DNA from: a bacterium
GTDB taxonomy: Bacteria; Zhuqueibacterota; Zhuqueibacteria; Oceanimicrobiales; Oceanimicrobiaceae
Assembly: GCA_037446635.1 (NCBI GenBank)
Contig: JBBIIG010000005.1
Location: forward strand, 1-64,000
Direction of reading: 5' to 3'
Length of the DNA stretch: 64,000 bases
The translations under genes were made by a program, and so were the position numbers. Below, in pieces: positions 39,304-48,246 of this stretch. Every line of letters starts with the position of its first letter. Position 1 is the stretch's first letter. The notes beneath the pieces are model-generated. The model was given only the letters and a program-made list of their open reading frames with translations. It was not told the origin of the DNA and made no database searches.

Positions 39304-41145
39304 ATGAAAAAGCTAATCAAAACCTCGTTCCGCCTCATCATCAGCGCCTCGCTGATAGTCTTTCTCGTGAGCAAAACCAATCTCACGGAAATCTGGCAAT
39401 CTGCGAAGTCCGCGGACGCGCTGCTGATTGCGCTGGCGTTCCTGCTGCACGGCATCGGCTATTTTTCAAGCTCATGGCGCTGGCAAATTCTCCTCCGCGC
39501 GCAGGGCTTCGACGTGCCCGTGATGTACCTCGTGCGCTCGTACGCCGTGGCCATGTTCTTCAACAACCTGCTGCCGTCCACCATCGGCGGCGACGGCTAC
39601 CGCGCGTACGACACCGCCAAGTGCAACATCCCGCCGCTGAAAGCGCTGGCCAGCGTCATCGTCGAGCGCTTCCTCGGCATGTTCGGGCTGATGATTTTCG
39701 CGGTGGTGGCGCTGGCGGTCGCTACCGAGCTCACTACACAAATCGAAAACATCTGGATGTGGTCGCTGCTGACGTTCGGCCTGATGATCGCCGCCGTGTA
39801 CCTGATTTTCTTTCACAGCGGCAAAGTGCCGTGGCTGCGTCGCATTTTGAATCTCCCCGGCCTGGCGATGGTCAACAAGCAGCTTATGAAAATCACCGAG
39901 TCGTTTGCACCGTTCCGCGGCAAAACCCGCGCGCTCACGTGGTCGATGGTTCTGTCGCTGGTGCTGCAATTCAACGTGATTCTGCATTACTACCTGATTT
40001 CCGAAGCCCTCGGCCTGCACATCCCGCTGGTGAAATTTCTGGTGATCATCCCGCTCGCCACGTTCGTGCAGATGGCGCCGGTCTCCATCAACGGCATCGG
40101 CATTCGCGAATCGTTCTACGTTTTCTTTCTCTCAAAAATTTACGGCGCGCCCATTGCCGCCAGTCTGGCGTTCTCGTGGATCGCCTACGGCATGGTGGTG
40201 CTGCTCGGCGTGCTCGGCGGAATCATTTATATGTTTCGCAAAGACGCGGCGCCCGCGTCGATTACTTCAGACTCATTGAAAACCGCTCCCGACGCGTCGG
40301 GACAGGAGGCAACTATGGCTAACAACAATCGGCAAAGCCGATCCGCTCAGGCGGACAAGCATCAAATCATGGACACGCAGAAGGATTTGTTCGACGCGAA
40401 AAAGTCGAAGTCCAAAAAGTATCAGGAAATTTTCATTGGCGAGCCCGGCCTGTGGAAGATGATCAAGTACGAACTCGTCACCACGTTTTTTAGCTGGGTG
40501 CCGGGCGCGTTCGGGATTTTGCTGCGTTCGATTTTTTACCCGATGATTTTGGGAAAGGTGGGGCGCGGCGTGGCGTTCGGCGCCAACGTCGCCATCCGCC
40601 ATCCCGGTAAAATTTGCATCGGCGACAATGTGGTGATTGACGACAACTGCGTGCTCGACGCCAAAGGCCAGAGCAACACCGGCATCACTATTGGCAATGG
40701 CGTGTTCATTGGCCGCGGCACGATTCTGACCTGCCACAACGGCGACATCATTTTGGAAGACAACGTCAACATCGGCTTCAACTGCGTGATTTCCTCGCTC
40801 AGCAAAATCGTCATCAAGAAGAATCATTTGATGGCGGCGTTCTGCTATCTCGTCGGCGGCGATCACGACAGCGACCGCACCGACATTCCCGTGCTGTTTC
40901 AGGGCCGCTCCTCGAAAGGCATTACCATCGAAGAGAATGTTTGGCTTGGCGCCGCGGTGGCCGTGCTCGATGGCACCACCGTTGGCCGCGACAGCATCAT
41001 TGGCGCGCACGCGGTGGTGAACAAAAATGTGCCCGAGTTTGCCATTGCCGCCGGCGTGCCCGCGAAGTTTTTGTGGGATCGGCGGAAGGGGAAGGAACAT
41101 AATGAGATTTTAAAGGGAGAGAATGTTGCGCAGCCGGCTAAGTAG
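39304..41145 (+). CDS. Fusion of a lysylphosphatidylglycerol-synthase-TM (UPF0104, flippase-like) domain and a hexapeptide-repeat acyltransferase
   Basis: RWQILL, FFNNLLPSTIGGD, PVSINGIGIRE in the N half; left-handed beta-helix repeats with GVPAK in the C half; internal RBS and ATG at 40315. Confidence 0.8.
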   Translation: MKKLIKTSFRLIISASLIVFLVSKTNLTEIWQSAKSADALLIALAFLLHGIGYFSSSWRWQILLRAQGFDVPVMYLVRSYAVAMFFNNLLPSTIGGDGYRAYDTAKCNIPPLKALASVIVERFLGMFGLMIFAVVALAVATELTTQIENIWMWSLLTFGLMIAAVYLIFFHSGKVPWLRRILNLPGLAMVNKQLMKITESFAPFRGKTRALTWSMVLSLVLQFNVILHYYLISEALGLHIPLVKFLVIIPLATFVQMAPVSINGIGIRESFYVFFLSKIYGAPIAASLAFSWIAYGMVVLLGVLGGIIYMFRKDAAPASITSDSLKTAPDASGQEATMANNNRQSRSAQADKHQIMDTQKDLFDAKKSKSKKYQEIFIGEPGLWKMIKYELVTTFFSWVPGAFGILLRSIFYPMILGKVGRGVAFGANVAIRHPGKICIGDNVVIDDNCVLDAKGQSNTGITIGNGVFIGRGTILTCHNGDIILEDNVNIGFNCVISSLSKIVIKKNHLMAAFCYLVGGDHDSDRTDIPVLFQGRSSKGITIEENVWLGAAVAVLDGTTVGRDSIIGAHAVVNKNVPEFAIAAGVPAKFLWDRRKGKEHNEILKGENVAQPAK

Positions 41146-41162
41146 GTGGGCGGTTTTGCCTC

Positions 41163-41440
41163 TGTCATTCCCGCATGCTTTTAGCGGGAATCCATTTGAC
41201 GAGAATGCTGGATGCCCGATTGAAGCATTCGGGCATGACAACGAAAATTATCGAATTGTCATTTCGAAGCTGAGCGCAGCGAAGTGAGAAATCTGACGGA
41301 GAATAGATGTCGCGAATCTGGTCGGAGTTAATTTGAAAGATCGGCTCTTCGCCAGATTCCTCACCCGACAATCGGCAGAGCCGATCCGCTTCGCGGAAAA
41401 GCGTCGGGATTCGCCTGCCTGCCGCAGGTAGGGAATGACA
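41163..41440. repeat. Two tandem GTCATT...AATGAC palindromic elements (41163-41240, 41257-41440)
   Basis: TGTCATTCCCGC..GCGGGAATCC..GGATGCCCG..CGGGCATGACA, then TGTCATTTCG..GAGAAATCT..AGATTCCTC..GGAATGACA. Confidence 0.85.
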
Positions 41441-41448
41441 AAATTCGA

Positions 41449-41650
41449 GATTTTATTTGAACTTGGAGCACTAAATGATTTTCGGCATCACACATCACGA
41501 TAAAAATCGACACGTCAACAAAGAAGCATTTTTGAATTTGGCGCCGGCGCGGTTGGCTGGCAAAGCGGTGAACAGTCTCATCCAGCAAAACATCGCGCTG
41601 GGAACATCCGAGATGAACGTCCCTACTATTGATGATGGCGTGGGACTCGC
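41449..41650 (+). pseudogene. Orphan duplicate of the leader and first ~58 codons of the downstream asnB-like gene
   Basis: GATTTTATTTGAACTTGGAGCACT..ATGATTTTCGGCATCAC is repeated at about 41756 onward. Confidence 0.85.
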
Positions 41651-41780
41651 CATCGATGAGATAGATAAAGATCCTACACTGTTTGCAACGGTGTATTTGG
41701 ATTGTTCGAATGAAAACACAGTCAGAGACTGTGTGTTGGATCTGAATTGGATACGATTTTATTTGAACTTGGAGCACTGA

Positions 41781-43721
41781 ATGATTTTCGGCATCACCCA
41801 TCACGATAAAAATCGACACGTCAACAAAGAAGCATTTTTGAATCTCGTACCGGCGCGGTTGGCGGGCAAAGCCGTTAGCAGTTTCATTCAGCAAAATATC
41901 GCGCTGGGAGCTTCGGAGATGAACGTCCCCACGATCGATGACGGCGTGGGACTCGCGTTCAGCGCGGATAAGAAAATCGTGGTGGCGGCATCGGGTAATA
42001 TTTTCGCCGCTGCTGAGTTTGCCGGAAGCAAAAATGAACCCGTCGCGCAAACCATTTTGCGGGCGTATCAGTCCGCGGGTGAAAACGGCTTCAAACATCT
42101 TAACGGACAATTTGCTGCCGCCATCTGGGATTCGACGCAAAACAAATTTCTGCTGGTGCGCGATCACCTCGGCTTCGAGCCACTGTTCTACTACTGGGAT
42201 GGCCAGACCCTCATCTTCAATTCGTTTCTCAGAGATTTGATTCGCCACGAGAATGTGCGCCGCGATTTCAATCATCGCGCCATCCGCAATTACCTGTTGT
42301 TCAATTACAATCCCGGCCTCGAGACGTTTATTCAGAATGTGCGAAAGGTGCGGCCGGGGCACGTGCTGGTTTTGGAGAATGGGAAGGTGGAGGAGAGGAG
42401 GTATTGGAGGCTTTCATACAATACCAGCGGCAACACCCCCCCTAGCCCCCCCTCAAGGGGGGGAATGGAAGTGGGTTCGAAGGGGGGAACTCTAGAAGAT
42501 TACAAAGCGGAGCTACTGCGGCTGACGCGCGACGCCATTCGCATCCGCACGCAGGAGACGGCGTCCGACCCCGGCGCGTTCCTCAGCGGCGGCATGGATT
42601 CCAGCTCGGTGGTGGGACTGCTGAGCGGACTCACCGAGCGGCCCATCCACACTTTTTCCTTTCGCTGCGAGGGCAAGTACGTGGACGAGTCCTACTACGC
42701 GCGAGTGATGGCTAACCATTACAAAACTCGCCATAACGAAATTCCGTTCACCGCCGACGAGCTGCTCAACTTTGAAAAAATGGCCGAGTGGATGGATGAG
42801 CCGCTGTGCGACATCGGCGTGGAGCTGGGGTCGTTCATCATGGGGCGCGCGGCGCAGGGCCATGTTCAGTACATCCTCACCGGCGATGGCGGCGACGAGC
42901 TGTACGCCGGCCACCCGGTGTATCTCGCCGATCAAATGGCCGCGGCGTTCGACAAAATTCCGGCGCCGCTGCGCGCGGGCGTGCTTGGCATCGCGGGGCT
43001 ACTGCCGGATTCCGATAAAAAGAAAAGTCTGTTGGTGAAAGCGCGGCGCTTCGCGTATAGCTACGGTTTCCCCGCGGAGCTGCTGAGCAATCGCTGGCGC
43101 ATTTATTACACCGGCGCGGAGCTGGCGCGTCTTTGCACTCCGGAGGTGGTGCAGCAATTCGGCGATCTCGACTCGTACCGCGATATCACCGATTTGTACG
43201 CCGACGCCGACGGCCCCGACCATCTCAGTCGCGCGCTTTATGGCGATTATCAGACGCTGGTGCATTTCCACGTTGACCGCCTGCGGCTGACCCGCGCATG
43301 GGGCATCGAGGCGCGCTTCCCGCTGCACGATTACCGGCTCGTCGAGTTTTCGGCGACCATTCCGTCGGCGCTGAAGATTCGCCCGCCTGCCTCAGGCCTC
43401 TGGCGGGCAGGCAACTCGCAGGTGAAATACATTCAGCACGAAGCGCTGGCCGGCGTGCTGCCCGATGAAATCGTTTTTCGCAAAAATAAAATGGGTCACA
43501 ATGTGCCGATGAAAAACTGGATGCGGGAAACTACCGTGTTCCGCGATTTGATGAACGACGTACTCTCCGAAACTGCGGTGAAGCGGCGCGGCATGTTCAA
43601 CGCGCCGTTCGTGAAACAGATGCTGGATCTCCATCTCCGAAAGAAAAAGGACTACTCCCATCGCCTCTACGCCCTCGTGATTTTGGAACTCTGGCTCAAG
43701 AAAAACATCGATAATCGATGA
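41781..43721 (+). CDS. Asparagine synthase-related amidotransferase lacking the N-terminal Cys
   Basis: LNGQFA, RDHLG..PLFY, SGGMDSS, GDGGDELYAG, RFPLHD; starts MIFG rather than MCG. Confidence 0.85.
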   Translation: MIFGITHHDKNRHVNKEAFLNLVPARLAGKAVSSFIQQNIALGASEMNVPTIDDGVGLAFSADKKIVVAASGNIFAAAEFAGSKNEPVAQTILRAYQSAGENGFKHLNGQFAAAIWDSTQNKFLLVRDHLGFEPLFYYWDGQTLIFNSFLRDLIRHENVRRDFNHRAIRNYLLFNYNPGLETFIQNVRKVRPGHVLVLENGKVEERRYWRLSYNTSGNTPPSPPSRGGMEVGSKGGTLEDYKAELLRLTRDAIRIRTQETASDPGAFLSGGMDSSSVVGLLSGLTERPIHTFSFRCEGKYVDESYYARVMANHYKTRHNEIPFTADELLNFEKMAEWMDEPLCDIGVELGSFIMGRAAQGHVQYILTGDGGDELYAGHPVYLADQMAAAFDKIPAPLRAGVLGIAGLLPDSDKKKSLLVKARRFAYSYGFPAELLSNRWRIYYTGAELARLCTPEVVQQFGDLDSYRDITDLYADADGPDHLSRALYGDYQTLVHFHVDRLRLTRAWGIEARFPLHDYRLVEFSATIPSALKIRPPASGLWRAGNSQVKYIQHEALAGVLPDEIVFRKNKMGHNVPMKNWMRETTVFRDLMNDVLSETAVKRRGMFNAPFVKQMLDLHLRKKKDYSHRLYALVILELWLKKNIDNR

Positions 43722-43814
43722 TCGATAATTGATGATTGAAAAGCGAAACGAGGAAATTGATACCGGACGTCGATGTTCTTTTTAATCGTCGATCAACGAT
43801 TATCGATCATCGAT
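43707..43814. repeat. 7-nt periodic inverted repeat (ATCGATR family) overlapping a stop codon
   Basis: ATCGATAATCGATGATCGATAATTGATGATTGA ... AATCGTCGATCAACGATTATCGATCATCGAT. Confidence 0.75.
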
Positions 43815-43847
43815 CTTCACATTTCTACCCAAAGAGAGAGGAACTAA

Positions 43848-44663
43848 ATGTTAAGCAAGAGCAAGCTTGCAGTACTGGGTGCCGGCAAAATGGGCGAGAC
43901 GCTGATCAGCAGTTTGCTGGAGGCGAAAGTGGTGAAGAAAGAAAATATGATCGCCACGGCGAAACACCAAAATCGTGCGAAGGACGTTGCTGCGAAATAT
44001 GGTATTCGGACGACCCTGGATAATCGCGAGGCGGTGGAGTTTGCGGATATAGTGCTGCTGTGTGTGAAACCGCAGACGACTCGTGAAGTGTTGGATGAAA
44101 TTAAAGAAGGCATGACGGCGAAGAAGCTGTTGATTTCTATCGCGGCATCGGTGACAACGAAATTCATCGAAGAGCAGTTGGGGAAAGCGACGCCGGTGAT
44201 TCGCACCATGCCCAACACGCCGTGTCTCATTCGCAAAGGGATGACGGCGCTGTGCGCGGGAACGCACGCCACGCCCGAGCATCTCAAACGCGCGGAGAGC
44301 ATTTTTCAGCAGGTGGGTCGCACGATGATTTTGGACGAAAAGCATTTCGATGCCGTCACCGGTTTGAGCGCCAGCGGGCCGGCCTTCATTTACGTGGTCA
44401 TCGAAGCGATGGCCGAGGGCGGCGTGAAAGTCGGCCTGCCGCGCACTATCGCCACCGAGTTAGCGGCGCAAGCGGTGTTGGGCGCAGCGAGCATGGTGCT
44501 GGAAACAAACGAGCATCCCGCGCTGCTGAAAGATGCCGTCACCACGCCGGCCGGCTGCACCATCGACGGACTGATGGAGTTGGAGGAGGGCGGTCTGCGG
44601 GTGACGCTCATCAAAACTGTCGTCAAAACGACCCAACGCGCGGCGGAGTTGATTTCGGGATAG
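43848..44663 (+). CDS. proC: Pyrroline-5-carboxylate reductase
   Basis: GAGKMG, CVKPQ, RTMPNTP, SASGPAF, VTTPAGCT. Confidence 0.95.
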   Translation: MLSKSKLAVLGAGKMGETLISSLLEAKVVKKENMIATAKHQNRAKDVAAKYGIRTTLDNREAVEFADIVLLCVKPQTTREVLDEIKEGMTAKKLLISIAASVTTKFIEEQLGKATPVIRTMPNTPCLIRKGMTALCAGTHATPEHLKRAESIFQQVGRTMILDEKHFDAVTGLSASGPAFIYVVIEAMAEGGVKVGLPRTIATELAAQAVLGAASMVLETNEHPALLKDAVTTPAGCTIDGLMELEEGGLRVTLIKTVVKTTQRAAELISG

Positions 44664-44684
44664 CGAGTGCTGATGTTTAGGATG

Positions 44685-45047
44685 TGGATTAATGGATTGT
44701 TGGATCAATGGATCAATGTAACAAAGATGTCATTCCGAACCTCGATGCTTTTTATCGGGGTGAGGAATCTGGCGGAGAGCGAAACGTGATATTGCGAAGG
44801 TACTTTGAAAAACGGCAACTCATCCCTCGTGTTCGCTGGGGATTTAAGCCCGCGTGCTCGGCCCGCCAAGGAATCTCCAGCAGAATTAATGGCTGTGGAA
44901 TTATATTCCATGCAGTTGAAGGAGATAAAATCTCAGGCTCATTTATTCCGCGTGGGATTACGTGGAAAAAACGGCGCGGAGCGACAAATCCCACGCGAGC
45001 CGGCGGGCCTTTTCATTGATCCATTAATCCATCAATCCAACGATCCA
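44685..45047. repeat. 8-nt periodic inverted repeat arms (TGGATCAA family) enclosing an insert of about 295 nt
   Basis: TGGATTAATGGATTGTTGGATCAATGGATCAATG ... CATTGATCCATTAATCCATCAATCCAACGATCCA. Confidence 0.8.
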
Positions 45048-45083
45048 TTTACATTAACTCGGATCAGAATAACAAATTAGATT

Positions 45084-45728
45084 ATGCCACTTCCGGTTGG
45101 ACATAGCTTGATGGGCTACGCCCTCTACGATAGCACCCGCAAAGACGACACGCGCTTCTCGTGGCGGCTACTGTTGCTGCTAGTGATTTTAGCGAACTTG
45201 CCGGACATTGATTTTTTGCCCGGACTGCTGGTTGGAAACGCCAATCAGTTTCATCATCACTATTTCAGTCACAGCCTTGGCGCGGCGATCGTGGTGGGCA
45301 TTCTCACAGCGGTTTTTTATACCAAAGGGACGGATCGAAAATTTGCGCCCTACTTCGGCTTGTTTTTCGGCGCCTATTTTTCGCACCTCGTTTTGGATTA
45401 TTTCACCGCGGACACCAGCGAGCCGCTGGGACTGCCCATGTTCTGGCCGCTGACAACTCAATATTTTTATTCGCCAAAAACCATATTTATGGCGGTACAT
45501 AAAATCGGCGCAAGTGGGCAGTTTTTTCAGAGTTTATTTGTGCTGCACAATCTTGGGGTTGTTGCGTGGGAAGCAGTGGTGTTTGTGCCGGTTTTGACGA
45601 TAATTAAGATAGCAAAAATGATGAGAGCAAAGCGCATGGCGAACACCGCAGAGGGCAGAAAGCGTGGCCCAGAGCGGTGCGAAGCCAGTGGGACTGCTTC
45701 GCAAAAAGCGCCTCGCAGTGACAGTTAA
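45084..45728 (+). CDS. Membrane-bound metal-dependent hydrolase (YdjM/DUF457-like)
   Basis: GHSL, LPDID, H..FSHSL, SHLVLD, FWP. Confidence 0.85.
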   Translation: MPLPVGHSLMGYALYDSTRKDDTRFSWRLLLLLVILANLPDIDFLPGLLVGNANQFHHHYFSHSLGAAIVVGILTAVFYTKGTDRKFAPYFGLFFGAYFSHLVLDYFTADTSEPLGLPMFWPLTTQYFYSPKTIFMAVHKIGASGQFFQSLFVLHNLGVVAWEAVVFVPVLTIIKIAKMMRAKRMANTAEGRKRGPERCEASGTASQKAPRSDS

Positions 45729-45803
45729 AGGTTGTCATTGCCTGCCTGTCCGCAGAAGCGGATCCGCCTCGCGGACGCGGGCAGGCGAGTCGAAGCAATC
45801 TCA
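45689..45803. repeat. GACTGCTTCG..CGCAGTGAC / GTCATTG..GAAGCAATC element overlapping the gene end
   Basis: Near reverse-complement copy at 52327-52417. Confidence 0.75.
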
Positions 45804-45823
45804 CGTAAGTTTGAAAATTCTGT

Positions 45824-46807
45824 ATGAGAAAAATGAAGCAACCAGAATACTCCGTCGTAGTCCCTGTGATGAACGAAGAGCAGAACGTCGAAATTCTCTT
45901 CAATCGCATCAACGATGTGCTCAGCCAGATGGGGCGGGAGTATGAGATCATTTTCGTCGATGATGGCAGCAGCGACCGCACGTTCGAGATTTTGAAAGCG
46001 ATTCACGCGCGACACCCGCAGCTCAAGGTGGTGAAGTTCCGCCGCAACTTCGGGCAATCGGCGGCGATGGCCGCGGGCTTCGAACAGGCAAAGGGGCGCA
46101 TTGTGATTTCGATGGACGGCGATCTGCAAAACGATCCTGCGGACATCCCGGCGATGATCAAAAAAATGGATGAGGGCTACGACATCGTCGCGGGCTGGCG
46201 GCGGAATCGGCAGGATAAAATGCTGGTGCGCAAAGTGCCGTCGAAAATTGCCAATCGGCTCATTCGCTATTTTACCGGCGTGCAGTTGCACGACACCGGC
46301 TGCTCGCTGAAAGCGTACCGCTCGGAGGTCATCAAAAAAATTCGGCTGTACGGTGAGCTGCACCGGTTCATCCCGGCGTTGGCGCGAGTGGAGGGCGCGC
46401 GCATTTCGGAAATCGTGGTGGCGCATCACGCCCGCCAATTCGGCCGCTCGAAATACAACTTGACCCGCACCTTCAAAGTGATCATGGATCTCACCACGTT
46501 GAATCTGTTCATCAAATATCTCCACAAGCCGCTGCACTTTTTCGGCGGACTGGCGTTCTGGTTCAACGTGGTCGGGCTGATTTCACTATTCCTGTGTGGC
46601 TATCTGTTTTTCACAAACCGATATGATCTGGCTGGATTGAATGTGTTGATTTCAGTGTCGTTTCTGTGGCTGGCCTCGGGCTGGCAATCGATTTTTTACG
46701 GCCTGATCGCCAACATGGTGGTGAAGACGGGGGATAATCATGATGGCAAGTTGGTTGAAATTTATAACCATAAAGACACAAAGAACACAAAGTTTGAAAA
46801 GCATTAA
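45824..46807 (+). CDS. GT2 polyprenol-phosphate glycosyltransferase (ArnC/DPM synthase-like)
   Basis: PVMNEE, DDGSSD, RNFGQS, MDGDLQNDP, GELHRFIP, two C-terminal TMs. Confidence 0.92.
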   Translation: MRKMKQPEYSVVVPVMNEEQNVEILFNRINDVLSQMGREYEIIFVDDGSSDRTFEILKAIHARHPQLKVVKFRRNFGQSAAMAAGFEQAKGRIVISMDGDLQNDPADIPAMIKKMDEGYDIVAGWRRNRQDKMLVRKVPSKIANRLIRYFTGVQLHDTGCSLKAYRSEVIKKIRLYGELHRFIPALARVEGARISEIVVAHHARQFGRSKYNLTRTFKVIMDLTTLNLFIKYLHKPLHFFGGLAFWFNVVGLISLFLCGYLFFTNRYDLAGLNVLISVSFLWLASGWQSIFYGLIANMVVKTGDNHDGKLVEIYNHKDTKNTKFEKH

Positions 46808-46987
46808 CCACGAAGAACACGAAGGTCACGAAGTTGGAAAAAATATTTTTATCTCAAATTCTAAAAAACTGTTCTTCCACTTTCATGGAGGTTTTTTTCT
46901 TGTGGATTTTCTTCGTGTTCTTCGTGACCTTCGTGGTTCAAAAATTTTAATGGGTTTATTTCTTTGTGACCTTTGTGCCTTTGTGGT
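46767..46987. repeat. Nested 9-nt periodic inverted repeats (outer CACAAAG family, inner CACGAAG family at 46806-46938)
   Basis: ACCATAAAGACACAAAGAACACAAAG / CTTTGTGACCTTTGTGCCTTTGTGGT enclose AACCACGAAGAACACGAAGGTCACGAAG / CTTCGTGTTCTTCGTGACCTTCGTGGTT. Confidence 0.88.
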
Positions 46988-47006
46988 GAATTAAAATTGA
47001 GGATAT

Positions 47007-48041
47007 ATGAAAGAGCAAGTTCTCAGCAGGACTAAACCCTTGGACGGAAAGGCAAACAAGAAAGTCGCGCCAGCTAAAACACTCGCTTCGATCATCGTGG
47101 CGGTGCGGGATTTTGAAGATGACATTCAGAGCGTCTACGCTGGCTTGACAGAGACGTTTACTAAACCTCCGACCTTTACTAAACCTTCGAGGTTTAGTAA
47201 AGGTGAGGGCAGCTACGAGTTCATTTTCGTCGATGATGGCAGCCTCGATGGCACGTGGAATCAATTGAAGAAAATCGCCAATGGCAACGCGGGCGTGAAG
47301 CTCGTGCGGATGCGCACCTCGTTTGGCGAGGCCGCCGCTTTCGATGCGGGACTGAAGCAGGCGGCGGGCGAGAAGATTGTGTTCTTCACCACGCGCGTGC
47401 GCATCAATCCCGCGCAGCTCTCCAAATTGCTGGCGCGCCTCGACGACGGCTGCGATCTGGTGATGGGGTGGCGCCATCCCCGCCGTGACTCGAAACTCAA
47501 CCAGTTTATCTCGAAGGGCTTCAACGCCATCATCCGCTGGATTTCGAAACTGCATTTGCAAGATGTGAACAGCGGCGTGTTTGCGGCGCGGCGCGAGGTT
47601 TTGGAGGACGTCCCCATTTACGGCAACATGAACATCTTCCTGCCGATACTGGCGTCGCGCAAAGGCTACCGCGTCGGCGACGAGCCCATCGAGCAGTTGG
47701 CGGGAAAATTCCGCCAGTCGAAATATGTGTCGGAGTACGTGCAGCGCGTGCTCGATATCGTCACGGTGATTTTTCTCACCAAGTACTCGAAGAAGCCGCT
47801 GCATTTTTTAGGATTTTTGGGATTCATTTTCACCATCGTTGGGCTGGCGATGAACGTGTATTTGTTCATTTATCGCGTGCTGCAGTTCGGCCCGATTGCG
47901 GGACGGCCGCTGCTGCTGTTGGGCGCGCTGCTGCTGGTGATCGGCATTCAGATGATCTCCATCGGCTTGATTGGCGAGATGATCATTTTCACCCACGCGC
48001 GGGAGATTAAGGAGTACACGATTGAGGAGATTTTGGAGTGA
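47007..48041 (+). CDS. GT2 ArnC-like paralog lacking the DxD motif, with an in-frame palindrome insert
   Basis: DDGSLD is retained; MDGDLQ is replaced by FTTRVR; two C-terminal TMs. Confidence 0.82.
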   Translation: MKEQVLSRTKPLDGKANKKVAPAKTLASIIVAVRDFEDDIQSVYAGLTETFTKPPTFTKPSRFSKGEGSYEFIFVDDGSLDGTWNQLKKIANGNAGVKLVRMRTSFGEAAAFDAGLKQAAGEKIVFFTTRVRINPAQLSKLLARLDDGCDLVMGWRHPRRDSKLNQFISKGFNAIIRWISKLHLQDVNSGVFAARREVLEDVPIYGNMNIFLPILASRKGYRVGDEPIEQLAGKFRQSKYVSEYVQRVLDIVTVIFLTKYSKKPLHFLGFLGFIFTIVGLAMNVYLFIYRVLQFGPIAGRPLLLLGALLLVIGIQMISIGLIGEMIIFTHAREIKEYTIEEILE

Positions 48042-48140
48042 TTGGTTGGCACACGGATGACGCGGATTGGACGGATAGGGACGGATTTTAAAACTCGGGA
48101 ACGAGAGAGAATTTGTGATTTTGTAGGAGTTCCTTCTAAA

Positions 48141-48246
48141 CTGTCATTTCGAGCTGAGCGCAGCGAAGCGAGAAATCTGACATAGCACAAATCTGTGTAC
48201 CGCCAGATTTCTCATCCCGTAAAAAGCACGGGATTCGAAATGACAG
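48141..48246. repeat. GTCATTTCG...CGAAATGAC palindromic element
   Basis: CTGTCATTTCGA..GAGAAATCTG..CAGATTTCTC..TCGAAATGACAG. Confidence 0.85.

Noticed and set aside
41475..41780. 101-aa ORF as a functional gene
   Set aside because: It is a chimera of the duplicated asnB start and hairpin DNA, and is treated as a fragment.
41449..41960. Diversity-generating retroelement TR/VR pair
   Set aside because: Mismatches are not adenine-specific, are mostly synonymous, lie at the 5' end of the gene, and no reverse transcriptase is present.
41781..43721. Lasso peptide cyclase interpretation of the Cys-less AsnB
   Set aside because: No precursor, B1/B2 protease or RRE genes are nearby, and the context is glycan synthesis.
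44708..45080. Short ORFs across repeat-rich spacers (also 4843, 46740, 52221, 52615)
   Set aside because: They are translations of palindromic repeats with no clear RBS or family motifs.
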